Assembly: GCA_050253075.1 (NCBI GenBank)
Contig: JBFWJS010000005.1
Location: 142,769-206,768, forward strand
Direction of reading: 5' to 3'
DNA: 64,000 bases
Source of the DNA: Deferribacterales bacterium
Lineage (GTDB): Bacteria > Chrysiogenota > Deferribacteres > Deferribacterales > Geovibrionaceae
Made by a program: the position numbers and the translations under genes. The notes beneath the pieces were generated by a model. It had not been told where the DNA came from, did no database searches, and worked only from the letters and a program-made list of their open reading frames with translations. Shown here in pieces: positions 9,898-20,499 of this stretch (positions are counted from its first letter, which is position 1; each line of letters starts with the position of its first letter).

Positions 9898-10986
9898 ATG
9901 ACCAAAGAACTGAATACGTTTCACACCGGCAAGTATCTTCTGTCTGCCGATATATGTTGCGACACCTCCGTACTGAATGAGGCGCTCAACGTTTTTATGC
10001 GTATGCCCCTCTTCCCGAATACCGTTGCGCACCTTAACGACAGCCAGACAGACGGCTTTGTATTTGCAGAAGCAAAACTAGAGGAAAACCCTGCCACATA
10101 CGAGCAGGTATGCCGTATAACAAAGCATGCCCGTGAGAACTTTTCACAGGACACTTCGGCCATAGAAGTCATAAATATATTCGAGGCGCACAACCTCGCT
10201 CTGAAAAACCTCGGCACGGCTCTCACGCCGGAGCTTCTCGCTTCATTTCATAAGGAGCTCACGGCATCACTGCCGAACATCAAAGAGACAAACGGCGCAT
10301 ACCGCAACGGCGGCGTAAAGGCAGACGGTAAATACCTCACGGTGAACTACACTCCGCCTGCGTCCACACTGGACATAAACTTTCTTATAAAGAACCTGTT
10401 CGACTGGCTGGAAAACGACGCTAAAACTCTAAACCCTATAATAAAAGCGATACTCCTGCACCTGCATATAAAAAAGATACAGCCTTTTTCCAACGCAAAC
10501 GGACACCTCGCACGCATCATGGAGATGTGGTATCTGAAAAAGAGCGGAATAAAGTTTCTGCCATACATGCTTTCAGGTATTTATAAAGAAAATAAAGACG
10601 AATATTATAAATGTGTTTCCGAGTTTTATACATCCTCGGACATAAATCCGTTTCTGAAATTCATATCGGCAAAGCTGGAAAAGACCGTCACAGACATACG
10701 TGATGCGAACTATTCCGCCATGTCTGCCGTGATATCAGACGCATATCTTTCATCCCTTTTGAACGACAAGTCTCTGATAAAGCGCCAGTATGATTTCCTC
10801 TGTGCAGTCCGTGAGAGCGGAGAAGTCTTCACACAGGAAGACCTGCAGCTCAAGAAGCAGTTTACAAAGCTGTACGGAAAGGTCAGCAGGACAACTGTTT
10901 CAAGGGATATTAAGAAATTTGAAGAGATGGCTCTGATAACAGCAGAAGGTAACGGCTACGTTTTCAACAAAGCAGCACTGGCATAG
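9898..10986 (+). CDS. Fic-domain protein with degenerate active site and C-terminal winged HTH
   Basis: GAYRN...YTPP and IQPFSNANGHLAR (cf. HPFxDGNGRxxR); C-terminal VSRTTVSRDIKKF. Confidence 0.75.
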   Translation: MTKELNTFHTGKYLLSADICCDTSVLNEALNVFMRMPLFPNTVAHLNDSQTDGFVFAEAKLEENPATYEQVCRITKHARENFSQDTSAIEVINIFEAHNLALKNLGTALTPELLASFHKELTASLPNIKETNGAYRNGGVKADGKYLTVNYTPPASTLDINFLIKNLFDWLENDAKTLNPIIKAILLHLHIKKIQPFSNANGHLARIMEMWYLKKSGIKFLPYMLSGIYKENKDEYYKCVSEFYTSSDINPFLKFISAKLEKTVTDIRDANYSAMSAVISDAYLSSLLNDKSLIKRQYDFLCAVRESGEVFTQEDLQLKKQFTKLYGKVSRTTVSRDIKKFEEMALITAEGNGYVFNKAALA

Positions 10987-10989
10987 ACA

Positions 10990-12420
10990 TTATCTGAAGT
11001 TAATGGTCTCCTCTGCCTTGTCATAGTAATATTCGCCTTTGCCCCGCTCATTCTTAAGCAGTATAAATTTACCCGCAATGGAAACACGCACCTCGGGCCA
11101 GATGGCTCTGCCCACGTTGATGGTGCCTTCCAACGGCGATGTCAGCATCTTTTGTATAGATTTCAGCTCGGCATTCTTTTCCAGAAGCTCTTTGCGGAGC
11201 TGCTCTCTCTTTTTTATCAGCTTTGCTATCTGGTCGTGCTTATCAGTACCAAACCCTGTGAATACGCTCTTCTTATTCGCACCGAGATAATCGTCTATAC
11301 GTGTCAGATCCTTTGATATCTGGAACCTTCTGGCGACGACTTCCCTCAGAAGCAAAACGTCTCTGGCGGATTTATAAAGTGCCACTTCGGTCTTTACATA
11401 GCTTTCAGAGCCGAATATCTTCGCCTCAATGCTGTCCACTGCGAAAAGGCTCCCGCCGACAATAGCTCCGGGCGAGCCCTCAACGATGATGCTCCCTTCG
11501 GAATATATCTCTGAGCTGACTATTGATTTCTTTACGGTCAGACTTTCCTTGCATATAACTTTCGCATACTGCATGAATTTACAGTAGACTCCGCCGCCGC
11601 TGTTGATGGTGGACTTCTGCGTGCCGCCGATTATACCCTGCTTTGCGACAACATCCCCTTTGGTGGTCACATCCCCTCTGATGGTGTCTGCCACCACATC
11701 TTTCAGAGCATGCACCTCAAAGCCTGCTTTGATGACGCCCCTTACTATGACAGAACCGGGGAAGTCGATATTGCCCGTAGTATAGTCTACATCTCCGTTT
11801 ACGAAATACACCTCGGAAACATCGAAATTAACTGTGCCGTCAGAATTCTTTTTATACTCGATGAGCCCGTCTATCCTGCTTATTATCTTTCGCCCTTCGA
11901 TGAAGACATTCTCGCCGAGACGCAGATCGACACCTTCGCCGTCATGCCCGGGGATAGGATTGCCGTAGACATCCATCCCGTCGTTACCTTTTGTGGGCTG
12001 TATTATCATGGCTACGGGCTTATCTTTTTCGCCCATCGCCAGCATCTTTCTTTTATATGTTTTATAGTCTACCTGAGTGAGGTCTTCGGATGAGACAATG
12101 ATGTCCTCAGGCTCTTTTGTGCGCAGTATGAGCTCACCGGGCTGACCATGAACGGCATGGCGTCCTTTGGCAATGCGGTATTTCGGCTCCAGCTTCAGCT
12201 TGTCGTAAAGCTGCTTCTGCAGATCACTGAGGAGCTCTGCATCAATGCCGAATGAGATGCTCCTTTCCGCCAGCAGTTCTTTCAGGTCTGTGGGCAGCGG
12301 CTTCATCGGCACGATAAGATAGGCTGTCATCCCGTCTTCGTCTATCTCGACGTAGGGGGTCTCTCCTATCGGCTCTTCTTCTTCAAAAAGAGAACCTCTG
12401 AGGTCTTTTCCTTCACTCAT
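10990..12420 (-). CDS. FapA family (DUF342) flagellar assembly protein
   Basis: GxDVYGNPIP, VNGDVDYTTGNIDFPGSVIVRG, GAIVGG beta-helix motifs. Confidence 0.82.
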   Translation of the reverse strand: MSEGKDLRGSLFEEEEPIGETPYVEIDEDGMTAYLIVPMKPLPTDLKELLAERSISFGIDAELLSDLQKQLYDKLKLEPKYRIAKGRHAVHGQPGELILRTKEPEDIIVSSEDLTQVDYKTYKRKMLAMGEKDKPVAMIIQPTKGNDGMDVYGNPIPGHDGEGVDLRLGENVFIEGRKIISRIDGLIEYKKNSDGTVNFDVSEVYFVNGDVDYTTGNIDFPGSVIVRGVIKAGFEVHALKDVVADTIRGDVTTKGDVVAKQGIIGGTQKSTINSGGGVYCKFMQYAKVICKESLTVKKSIVSSEIYSEGSIIVEGSPGAIVGGSLFAVDSIEAKIFGSESYVKTEVALYKSARDVLLLREVVARRFQISKDLTRIDDYLGANKKSVFTGFGTDKHDQIAKLIKKREQLRKELLEKNAELKSIQKMLTSPLEGTINVGRAIWPEVRVSIAGKFILLKNERGKGEYYYDKAEETINFR

Positions 12421-13271
12421 TCTATACTATCCATTCTGATTACAGATACGGCGTACTTCGGCAGTTCCAAAGCGGACACGGTGGTAAGGCTGGCAAGAAC
12501 CTCAACAGGTCCCTCCTCTAGCCCGAGCAGATTGACCTTTACGGTCTTTCCGTTTGATTCCATTACTTTCTGAAAGTCTTCATGCTTTTCAAAAAGCTCC
12601 GAAACATCTCTGCCGATGAGAGTATCGCCCTCTTTAAATAAGTTTATCGCAGAAAAATTCATATCCTCGATGATGTTAAAACAGTCATAAACGATGCGCG
12701 CACGGGGAGAATTTTCATAAAGAGCCTTATAAAATGCCTCGCCCTGCCATGCACGTTCCTCGCTCTCTTTGTGTTCGGAAACATCGAGGATTATACCGAG
12801 AATCCCTGCGACCGTACCGACGGATGTCAGTATTATTTTCTTGTGTATAACGTGATAACTGTTCCCCATTGCAGAGAATTTGCCCCTGTGCTCCACCAGC
12901 TCGTTCCGCAGCTCGCTGACGAGTATGCCGTTGCTGGTGGTAAAGACCTCTGCCTCCTCATGGGAAAAAATGTCAAAAACAGTCTTGCCTATTATCTGAT
13001 CTTTGCTCCTCTCGTAAAGGTCTGCTAAGGCTTCGTTGCACCCGATATATACGCCGAATATATCTTTGTAATATACGGGAACGGGGAGCATATCGAGTAT
13101 CTTCTGCAGAAATGTCGCATCGGTTGTGATGCAGTGGAGATCGCAGAAACCGCCGCCCATTATATGCAGCAGTGAGTTGCTGAGTTCCGTGCGGCTTCCG
13201 CCGTTTTCGATCAGGTTTATTGCTTCTTTTAAGCCTGCAATAATGTTCTCAGTATCGATTCTTACATCCAT
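12417..13271 (-). CDS. PAS-domain protein without an evident output domain
   Basis: LDMLPVPVYYKD..GVYIGCNEA..IIGKTVFD PAS motif; second PAS-like segment; GGAGA RBS; overlaps fapA start. Confidence 0.75.
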   Translation of the reverse strand: MDVRIDTENIIAGLKEAINLIENGGSRTELSNSLLHIMGGGFCDLHCITTDATFLQKILDMLPVPVYYKDIFGVYIGCNEALADLYERSKDQIIGKTVFDIFSHEEAEVFTTSNGILVSELRNELVEHRGKFSAMGNSYHVIHKKIILTSVGTVAGILGIILDVSEHKESEERAWQGEAFYKALYENSPRARIVYDCFNIIEDMNFSAINLFKEGDTLIGRDVSELFEKHEDFQKVMESNGKTVKVNLLGLEEGPVEVLASLTTVSALELPKYAVSVIRMDSIE

Positions 13272-13399
13272 TACACATCTCCGCATCTCTGTTTAAACAC
13301 CCTTTACTTATTAATATACACAGAGTTTTCTCTTTTCACAGCAGAAATTGAACATCAATTTCACTTGTATTTTTACTGTTTTTACCATAACAATATCTA

Positions 13400-16300
13400 A
13401 TGAAATTCAAATCCCTAGTTGTCCAAGGCTTCAAGTCGTTCGTAGATAAGACCGTGATAGAGTTTCCCGGCGGGATAACCTGCGTCATCGGTCCGAACGG
13501 TTCGGGTAAAAGTAATATACTCGATGCCATCCGTTGGATATTCGGCGAGCAGAGCGCAAAGGAGCTTCGCGGTGCCGACATGGACGACGTGGTTTTCTCG
13601 GGCTCTCAGCACAGGAAGCCGACAGGATTTGCCGAAGTTTCACTCACTCTTTCCGAACTGCCCGAAAGCCTTACGGCGAAATGGGGCTCTTTCAGCGAAA
13701 TAACCGTCAGCAGAAAACACTACCGCACAGGCGACAGAGAATACCGCATAAACGGTAAGAAATGCCGACTGAAGGATATACGTGAAATATTCTACGACTC
13801 GGGTATCGGAGCACGGAGCATCTCCATCATCGAGCAGGGAAAGGTGGAAAAGATCATTCAGTCATCCCCCGAAGACCTTCGTGCATTCTTTGAAGAGACC
13901 GCAGGCGTTATGCGCTTCAAAGAGCGTAAGAAAGAGGCAGAGCGCAGACTGCACCAGACAAAGGACAACCTGAGCCGTGTAACGGACATCATAGCCGAGA
14001 TACGTGCACAGATGGAGACACTCTCCGTACAGTCCGAGCGTGTCTCACGATACCGAGAGCTGGCAGCCAGACAGTCCGTACTGTCTAAGGCGGTCATTTT
14101 CCACAGATACAGCAAATCATTCAGTGACCTGAAAGAGATAAACGAAACGGTCAACAAGCTGAAGATAGACCTCTCTGGCTATACGGAAAAGTTCGCAAAG
14201 CTGGCACAGGTCGAAACTGAGCTGAACAGCAAGCTGTCAGCAGCCAGAAAGGAATTCAACGGTAAAAACGACCAGATATTACAGGCAGAGTCGGAATCGG
14301 GACGAACCGAAGCAGACATAAGACTGCTAGAAAACGAGATAGAAGCAGCCGAAAAGAGCAAAGACAACCTGCACAATGACATAGAATTCCTGCAAAAGAA
14401 GCTGAGTGAGCTCACAGAGAGGCGTGTGAACATCCTCGAGAGCAAAAGCGAGCATGCAGATAAGCTGAAAGAAGCCGAAGAAAAGATAGAAGAATTCAAC
14501 GAACGCATATCAGACTATGAAATAATGCGTGAAGAGATAAAGGAAGAGATGTTCGCAGTGGACGACCAGTACCTCGAGCTGGCACAGCGTGCATCAGACA
14601 CCAGAAACGCAATATTCGAAAACGAAACCCTCCTCACCCGCTCCGAAAAGGACCGTGAGAGGCTGAAAGCCGAAAAAGAGGAGAGCTTAAAAGACAGCCA
14701 GTTCGCAAAGAATAACATCGAGGAACAGACCAGAGATGTCGAAAGGCTCACCCTCGAGCTCGAGACTATTGCGGAAACTCTGGAACACTACGCAGACGAA
14801 CACGCAGAACTGCGTGACGAGATATCATCCATAGAAACAACCCTCGGCGAAAAGCGCATTGAGGTAAAAACGATAACCAACCGCATAGAAATGCTGAAAC
14901 AGGCACTCGATGCCGAATCAGCCAGCGACGACATAAAGCACATACTCGAATCTCTCGGAGGTTCGCTCCTTCTTCCCCGTCTGTCCGAAGACCTGACAAG
15001 GGAGCTCGGCGATATCATCGTGATACCAAAGAGTAAAGAATCAGAAATAGCAGAAACACTCGCAGAGGTGAAGCAGTCCGTCAGGTTCGTATACGACTCG
15101 GATGTCGATGCCCTGCTCAGCTATGCAAAGGATAATATTGACGCATCCACAGGGATAGTCCGCAACGGATACATCCACAGAAAGCCAGGCTCCGACGACA
15201 AGCGAGAGAACGTACTCCGCCTGCAGAAACAGATAGACGGCTATGAAGCCGACCTGATAAAAGCGAACGCAGAGTGCACAGAGCTCGAGGAATCGCTCCC
15301 CGAAATGGTCGAAAAGCTCGAGATACTCGCAGATAAAAAGGACGAGCTTCAGGAACAGCGCCAAACAGCCACACTGGATCTAAAAGATAAGGAACGCAGC
15401 CTCGAAGACCTGAAGAGCAGGCACGAACGCCTCTCAAAACGTTCATCCATCATAGACAGCGAGCTGCAGAACATCGACCACGAGATAGAAAGAGCAAAAG
15501 AAAAGATAGAATACCTGAAAGAGCAGAACAAAGAGCTCTCTGTCAGCATCGCAGCCAAAGAGGAAGAGAAAGAGGCGATGCAGAGCAAGCTCGAAGATAT
15601 AGATAATATGTACGAGGACGTCCGTGACGAGCTCTCAGGATACCGCATCGAGATGCGCGGTATACAGGAGAAGATGAACGCAGTCACAAACGAGCTTCAC
15701 TTCATAGACAAAGACCTCGACGAATCCCAGACAAAGCTGACAGCAGCAAAGAACAGGCTGTCCACACTGATCACATCAGATATAGTGACCCTTAAGGATA
15801 ATCTGGAAAAACGCAGAAGCGACTATCAGGAAGTTATTAAGAGACGTCATAACCTTAATGATGAAAAGCAGAATCTGGACAGACAGATAGCCGAATATGA
15901 GAAACAGATAGACGACTACGGACATGATATAGATAAGATGAACCTGTACATCAAAGGTATCGAAGACGAGATATTCGACGCCGAAAAGAAGATGGAAAGG
16001 TATCAGGCAGAAGTATCCGCACAGACAGAGGCCTTCGTAGAGAAATTTAACGAGGACATCACAGAGTTTGAGATGGATCTCACAGACTTTCAGCCGAATA
16101 AGGCAAAGGGAGAGCTGTCCATCATCGAAAGGGATATAGACTCCCTCGGCCCGCTGAATATGGCGGCGGAAAGCGAGTATAAGGAAGTGATGGAGAGGAA
16201 CGAATTCCTCACGGCGCAGAAGGATGACCTCGAAGATGCAGTGGCATCCATCTATGAGCTGATCAGAGAGATGGACGAAAATACATCCGCACTCTTTCAG

Positions 16301-16735
16301 GAAACATTCGAAGGGGTTAAGAAGAACTTCCACCGTGTGTTCTCCATGCTCTTCGGCAACGGAAACTGCGACCTTAAGCTCACAGAGCCCGACGACATAC
16401 TCAACAGCGGTGTTGAGATATTTGTCCAGCCGCCGGGCAAAAAGCTGCAGAACATGAACCTGCTCTCCGGCGGTGAAAAGGCGATGAGCGCATGTACGCT
16501 CCTTTTCGCACTTTTCCTGTATCGTCCTACACCGTTCTGCTTCCTCGATGAGATCGACGCTCCGCTGGACGAAAACAACATCGACCGTTTCACCCGCATA
16601 GTAAAAACGCTCTCCGCAGACACCCAGTTTGTCATCATCAGCCACAACCAAAAGACGATGGCAGCGGCAGATTCGCTATACGGCGTCACAATGCAGGAGC
16701 CGGGTGTTTCACGCATACTCTCCGTCACAATGTAG
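13400..16735 (+). CDS. smc: Chromosome segregation protein SMC
   Basis: GFKSF, GPNGSGKSN, IEQG, long coiled coils, LSGGEK, FLDEIDAPLD, ISH. Confidence 0.95.
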   Translation: MKFKSLVVQGFKSFVDKTVIEFPGGITCVIGPNGSGKSNILDAIRWIFGEQSAKELRGADMDDVVFSGSQHRKPTGFAEVSLTLSELPESLTAKWGSFSEITVSRKHYRTGDREYRINGKKCRLKDIREIFYDSGIGARSISIIEQGKVEKIIQSSPEDLRAFFEETAGVMRFKERKKEAERRLHQTKDNLSRVTDIIAEIRAQMETLSVQSERVSRYRELAARQSVLSKAVIFHRYSKSFSDLKEINETVNKLKIDLSGYTEKFAKLAQVETELNSKLSAARKEFNGKNDQILQAESESGRTEADIRLLENEIEAAEKSKDNLHNDIEFLQKKLSELTERRVNILESKSEHADKLKEAEEKIEEFNERISDYEIMREEIKEEMFAVDDQYLELAQRASDTRNAIFENETLLTRSEKDRERLKAEKEESLKDSQFAKNNIEEQTRDVERLTLELETIAETLEHYADEHAELRDEISSIETTLGEKRIEVKTITNRIEMLKQALDAESASDDIKHILESLGGSLLLPRLSEDLTRELGDIIVIPKSKESEIAETLAEVKQSVRFVYDSDVDALLSYAKDNIDASTGIVRNGYIHRKPGSDDKRENVLRLQKQIDGYEADLIKANAECTELEESLPEMVEKLEILADKKDELQEQRQTATLDLKDKERSLEDLKSRHERLSKRSSIIDSELQNIDHEIERAKEKIEYLKEQNKELSVSIAAKEEEKEAMQSKLEDIDNMYEDVRDELSGYRIEMRGIQEKMNAVTNELHFIDKDLDESQTKLTAAKNRLSTLITSDIVTLKDNLEKRRSDYQEVIKRRHNLNDEKQNLDRQIAEYEKQIDDYGHDIDKMNLYIKGIEDEIFDAEKKMERYQAEVSAQTEAFVEKFNEDITEFEMDLTDFQPNKAKGELSIIERDIDSLGPLNMAAESEYKEVMERNEFLTAQKDDLEDAVASIYELIREMDENTSALFQETFEGVKKNFHRVFSMLFGNGNCDLKLTEPDDILNSGVEIFVQPPGKKLQNMNLLSGGEKAMSACTLLFALFLYRPTPFCFLDEIDAPLDENNIDRFTRIVKTLSADTQFVIISHNQKTMAAADSLYGVTMQEPGVSRILSVTM

Positions 16736-16854
16736 AACCCGCTTACCAAAGCTATTTCACCAAATATCAAATCATTATTCTATCGTAATAAATATTGACT
16801 TATTATTACCTATGGTTCATACCTTAACTATTATTTTGTATTTAGGGGACACCA

Positions 16855-17328
16855 ATGAAGAAACTTATTATGATCCTTTTTCTGGTGGCTGTAGTTGCCG
16901 GAGGTGTATATTATTTCATCTCGAACCAGCCTACCAAAGTCGCAAACCCGCTTCCTATGCCTGAATACGGCAAGATAACTGTCGAGCATGCCGCACCGCT
17001 TTTCGACGGAAAGCTGCCTGAGGGATATGCGGTAGTCGATGTCAGAACTGTCGAGGAATATGACAAGAAGCACACAGAAGGCACAGTGAACGTGCCCGTA
17101 GCCATCTTTGAAGAGTCCGACGACCCATGTAAAGAGATAGCTCTTATGCTGCCTAAAGCTGAAAAGATCATTTTCGTATGCCCTTACGGCCCTAGGTCTA
17201 AGGATATGTATGAAAACCTCACAGCACCCGTGGACGACCTCGGATGCGGATTTCCAAAGGACGGTCTTTATCACCTCTGGGCAAACATAAAGTATAAAAA
17301 AGACCACATAATCGTTCAAAGCAAGTAG
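16855..17328 (+). CDS. Membrane-anchored rhodanese-like protein
   Basis: N-terminal TM; VVDVRTVEEY..HTEG.VNVP; active-site loop VCPYGPRS. Confidence 0.8.
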   Translation: MKKLIMILFLVAVVAGGVYYFISNQPTKVANPLPMPEYGKITVEHAAPLFDGKLPEGYAVVDVRTVEEYDKKHTEGTVNVPVAIFEESDDPCKEIALMLPKAEKIIFVCPYGPRSKDMYENLTAPVDDLGCGFPKDGLYHLWANIKYKKDHIIVQSK

Positions 17329-17332
17329 TATA

Positions 17333-17426
17333 TTTGTCATGCTGAGGAGGGATATTATCCCGACGTAGGCATCTCAGCCATAGCTTAGATTCTTACGTCG
17401 CACACAGTGCTCCTCAGAATGACAAA
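17333..17426. repeat. REP-like palindromic element, copy 2
   Basis: TTTGTCATGCTGAG...GCATCT...AGATTCTTACG...CTCAGAATGACAAA between convergent genes. Confidence 0.75.
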
Positions 17427-17431
17427 GTTTA

Positions 17432-18538
17432 TCAGATCACAGGCACGCCGAACCTTTTCGCCACCTCAGCCTTATCCACATCAAAGCCGAGCTCTATAGC
17501 ATCTTTTATAACATCCCAGTCGGCCTCCACCTTCATATCCAGTATGAAAGCAGGCACAGGCGCATCGCCGAAGTTCAGATCGACTATCCATCTAAGCAGT
17601 GTCCTCGTAAGCGTCTCCGACAGCGCCCCCGCTATCTTATAGCTCTTTGTCTGCAGTGTCTCGAGATGCTGCTGAGCCAGAGAATACGAGCCGTTTGTGG
17701 ATGTGTCGCTGGTGAGTATCTCGCCTGTCACGGCCTTTGATATCTCCGTATTGCATATGTTCACCAGCTCGGAAAAGTCCGCCGATGTACCCTTTGTCTC
17801 CAGCACCTGCACGCTGTCCACATTTGCCAGAGCCACAGCTGCATCTGACTGTATATTATAAAGATTTTCTGCCAGTTCTTTTGCCCTTGCCCTGCTGTCT
17901 GCATCGTCTATGGAGTCAAATAGAGCGAGCACCGTCGGCACGCCGTACTTCTCTGCCACTGTCAGCCAATACCTGAACCCCGCCTTTTTAAACATCCACG
18001 GCCAGTAGCATTTTGACAGAACGGGTGTGCCGTAGGGGTTCTCATTCTTCGGGCTGTTTCGGTGTACGACAAACTTGTACTCCTCCTCCAGAGGTATAGA
18101 CACGGCGCCGTCCGCCAGTGCCAGCCCGCCGTCGCTTGTGAATGCAAACCTTGAAGGCTTCCGCCCCATAGCGTTCACGGGTATCCAAGCCCCTTCTCTC
18201 TCTTCCCATATGATCTCTATCACGCTGAAGCCGTATTCCACGGCCATCATCATATCCTGCAGAAGCTGTTTCACGCCGAGCCCGTTCAGACAATCCTTCA
18301 CAAATGCGGCTATACCTGCGGATTCGTCGTCCATATCCTTCGCACGCACGTCCCACTTCATGGCAAAGACCCTGTCTTTCAGCTGTTCGAGCTTTGCGTG
18401 TATGTGGGCATCCTGAAGCATCTCGTCAAAGATGCTCATGTTCACCCCTGTCTTACCGAAAAGCACGTCTGGGTTTGTCATCATCCCCATAGACGTCACG
18501 TCTGTATTCTTTGTCAGCACACTTGTTAATCTGCTCAT
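17432..18538 (-). CDS. Phage portal protein, Mu gp29/DUF935-like
   Basis: DAHI..LEQ.K, YGFSVIEIIW, NPYGTPVL..CYWPW.FK, AEKYGVP, EISKAVTGEILTS; follows terminase genes. Confidence 0.88.
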   Translation of the reverse strand: MSRLTSVLTKNTDVTSMGMMTNPDVLFGKTGVNMSIFDEMLQDAHIHAKLEQLKDRVFAMKWDVRAKDMDDESAGIAAFVKDCLNGLGVKQLLQDMMMAVEYGFSVIEIIWEEREGAWIPVNAMGRKPSRFAFTSDGGLALADGAVSIPLEEEYKFVVHRNSPKNENPYGTPVLSKCYWPWMFKKAGFRYWLTVAEKYGVPTVLALFDSIDDADSRARAKELAENLYNIQSDAAVALANVDSVQVLETKGTSADFSELVNICNTEISKAVTGEILTSDTSTNGSYSLAQQHLETLQTKSYKIAGALSETLTRTLLRWIVDLNFGDAPVPAFILDMKVEADWDVIKDAIELGFDVDKAEVAKRFGVPVI

Positions 18539-18553
18539 ATCTATCTCCTTTCA

Positions 18554-19954
18554 TTAATATTTTTTGAACATATCTCCGCTCTTTCGCCCCGCTCCCGAGA
18601 ATGACGCCGAAGGCTTCACCCGTCTTTCCGTCTGGCTGAGAGCCTGTGTCATGGCATCCACCATGTCGTCATTTTTCCCGCCCGGGAATAATGCCGCCTC
18701 GTCCATCAGCTCCTCGGAGAACTTTGCCCCCCGTTTCAGATAGACATTCCCCGCCTCGAGCATAGGCGTGACGGCTATCGCCCTCGCTGTCTTGCTCCCC
18801 TGCGGATTCACGGGGATGAGCCCCTGTATCTCATTTTTCAGAGCGGATATCACAGCGGGGCCGTTCGCCTTATCTTCAATGTATTTAGCACGTGCCTGCG
18901 GGTACTTTTCCGTCATCATGCGCAGGGCTCGCAGGGCAGACATAAAGTCCATCCGCCCACGCACCTGATCCACAAGGTATCTCTCCGTGCCCCGAATCCC
19001 CCACACCTGACCGACCACAAAGTCTGAGCCGTCACCTCCGGAGAATGTCATATCCCACGACTGCACCATCTGCTCAAAGGCAGGCTCCGCATCGTAAAAG
19101 CGGAACCACGACTTTTTGAAAACTGCTCCGTCCTCGGGGGCTGGTCTCTGCTGATAGAGTGCGTTCCAAACACGGGAGCCCACTGCGGAGCGTATCTGTG
19201 CGAGGGCGTCTTCGTCATATTTCTCAGCCCAGAGCGGTTCACCCACGGTACGGAATGCCTCGTCCTCCTCTGCTATTGCGGGGAAGCTGACCACCTGCCA
19301 GCCGTCTCTGTCGGCATTCAGCAGTCTGCCTGCGAGGTCGTCCTCGTGCCAGCGGGTGAGTATGACGACTATCCGTCCCCCCTTCTCTATCCTTGTGTAC
19401 AGGGTGGACTGATACCAGTCCCACACCTTGTCACGATAGTTCTTGCTGTCGGCGTCCTCCTGATTTTTAAACGGGTCGTCGATGATGAGCAGGTCGCCCC
19501 CCATCCCCGTTATCGAACCGCCAACCCCCGCTGCGACATAGCCGCCGCCGTCTGCGGTCTCCCATCTGTCTGCTGCCTTTGACCTTCCGCTCAGCCCAGT
19601 GCCGAACGTCAGGCGGAATTTTGGATCTGCTACGATATCCCGCACCTTTCTGCCGAAGTTCTCCGCAAGTCGGGCACTGTATGATGTGGCTATCACCCGC
19701 TTTGTCGGGTGTCTGCCCAGAAACCAAGCGGGGAAACGCACGGATGCCAGCTCGCTCTTCCCGTGGCGCGGGGGCATGAGTATCATCAGCCTGCCGTCAG
19801 TCCCTGCCTCCAGCTCGGTGAGCTTATCCGCCAGCAGTCGGTGGTGCCAGTTCGGCTCGTATCCTCTGTATGTCAGCTTACAGAACGGGATGAGGCTCTC
19901 TCGGGCGAGCTTCAGCGCATAAAGTTTTTCAAAGTTTTCACTGCTTAGCTTCAT
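18554..19954 (-). CDS. Phage terminase large subunit
   Basis: MPPRHGKS Walker A, LLIIDD Walker B, TRWHEDDL, ALYQQRP, IEDKANG, NDDMVDAMTQA nuclease motif. Confidence 0.93.
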   Translation of the reverse strand: MKLSSENFEKLYALKLARESLIPFCKLTYRGYEPNWHHRLLADKLTELEAGTDGRLMILMPPRHGKSELASVRFPAWFLGRHPTKRVIATSYSARLAENFGRKVRDIVADPKFRLTFGTGLSGRSKAADRWETADGGGYVAAGVGGSITGMGGDLLIIDDPFKNQEDADSKNYRDKVWDWYQSTLYTRIEKGGRIVVILTRWHEDDLAGRLLNADRDGWQVVSFPAIAEEDEAFRTVGEPLWAEKYDEDALAQIRSAVGSRVWNALYQQRPAPEDGAVFKKSWFRFYDAEPAFEQMVQSWDMTFSGGDGSDFVVGQVWGIRGTERYLVDQVRGRMDFMSALRALRMMTEKYPQARAKYIEDKANGPAVISALKNEIQGLIPVNPQGSKTARAIAVTPMLEAGNVYLKRGAKFSEELMDEAALFPGGKNDDMVDAMTQALSQTERRVKPSASFSGAGRKSGDMFKKY

Positions 19955-20387
19955 GCATTATCGCTTTGGCATCCTCTACGCTCAGGTTATCCAGCTCACT
20001 CATAAGGTCGGCTATATTACCGTCAGCAGATTCGTCTTTGAGGAATTCGTCGGGGGATTTGCCTATGCAGATGTCCTTATAGTTTTTCACTGTTTTCGAA
20101 TGCAGTTCCACATCACGCAGATTCTCACACTCGTTGAGGAGTACATCCGCCTTTTCCAGCCCTGCCATTGTGCTGTTGCATATGGCATCCAGCATCTTCA
20201 CCCGATGATTTTTCAGCCTTCGGATTGTCTTATCCGTTTCGGGGCGTTTCCATTTTTCGGCATCGGCTCTGTTCTTCACCGTCTCTGTTTTTATGCCGTA
20301 TTCCTCTGACAGCTCGGACAGGTCATATACACCGTCCTCGTATTCACTGCGCATGGATGTCCATGTTTCCTTCGTTATTCTGCCCAT
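19938..20387 (-). CDS. Probable terminase small subunit
   Basis: N-terminal HTH (W..MRSEYEDG..LSELSEEYGI..TVKNRA..EKW), 149 aa, overlaps terL start. Confidence 0.75.
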   Translation of the reverse strand: MGRITKETWTSMRSEYEDGVYDLSELSEEYGIKTETVKNRADAEKWKRPETDKTIRRLKNHRVKMLDAICNSTMAGLEKADVLLNECENLRDVELHSKTVKNYKDICIGKSPDEFLKDESADGNIADLMSELDNLSVEDAKAIMHEAKQ

Positions 20388-20411
20388 ATGGTTCTCCGTA
20401 TTTTTTAATCA

Positions 20412-20465
20412 GGATTCTACGCAGAAATTTGAATTAATATGTTTAAACACGATAGACTTAGAAAC
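20412..20465 (-). promoter_or_regulatory. Putative activator-dependent late promoter of packaging operon
   Basis: Minus strand GTTTC-N14-TTAAACATAT-N17-TAGAATCC; same layout at 30260-30313. Confidence 0.7.
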
Positions 20466-20499
20466 ACAGATCGGTGAAAATTAATACTTTCGTTTTCAA

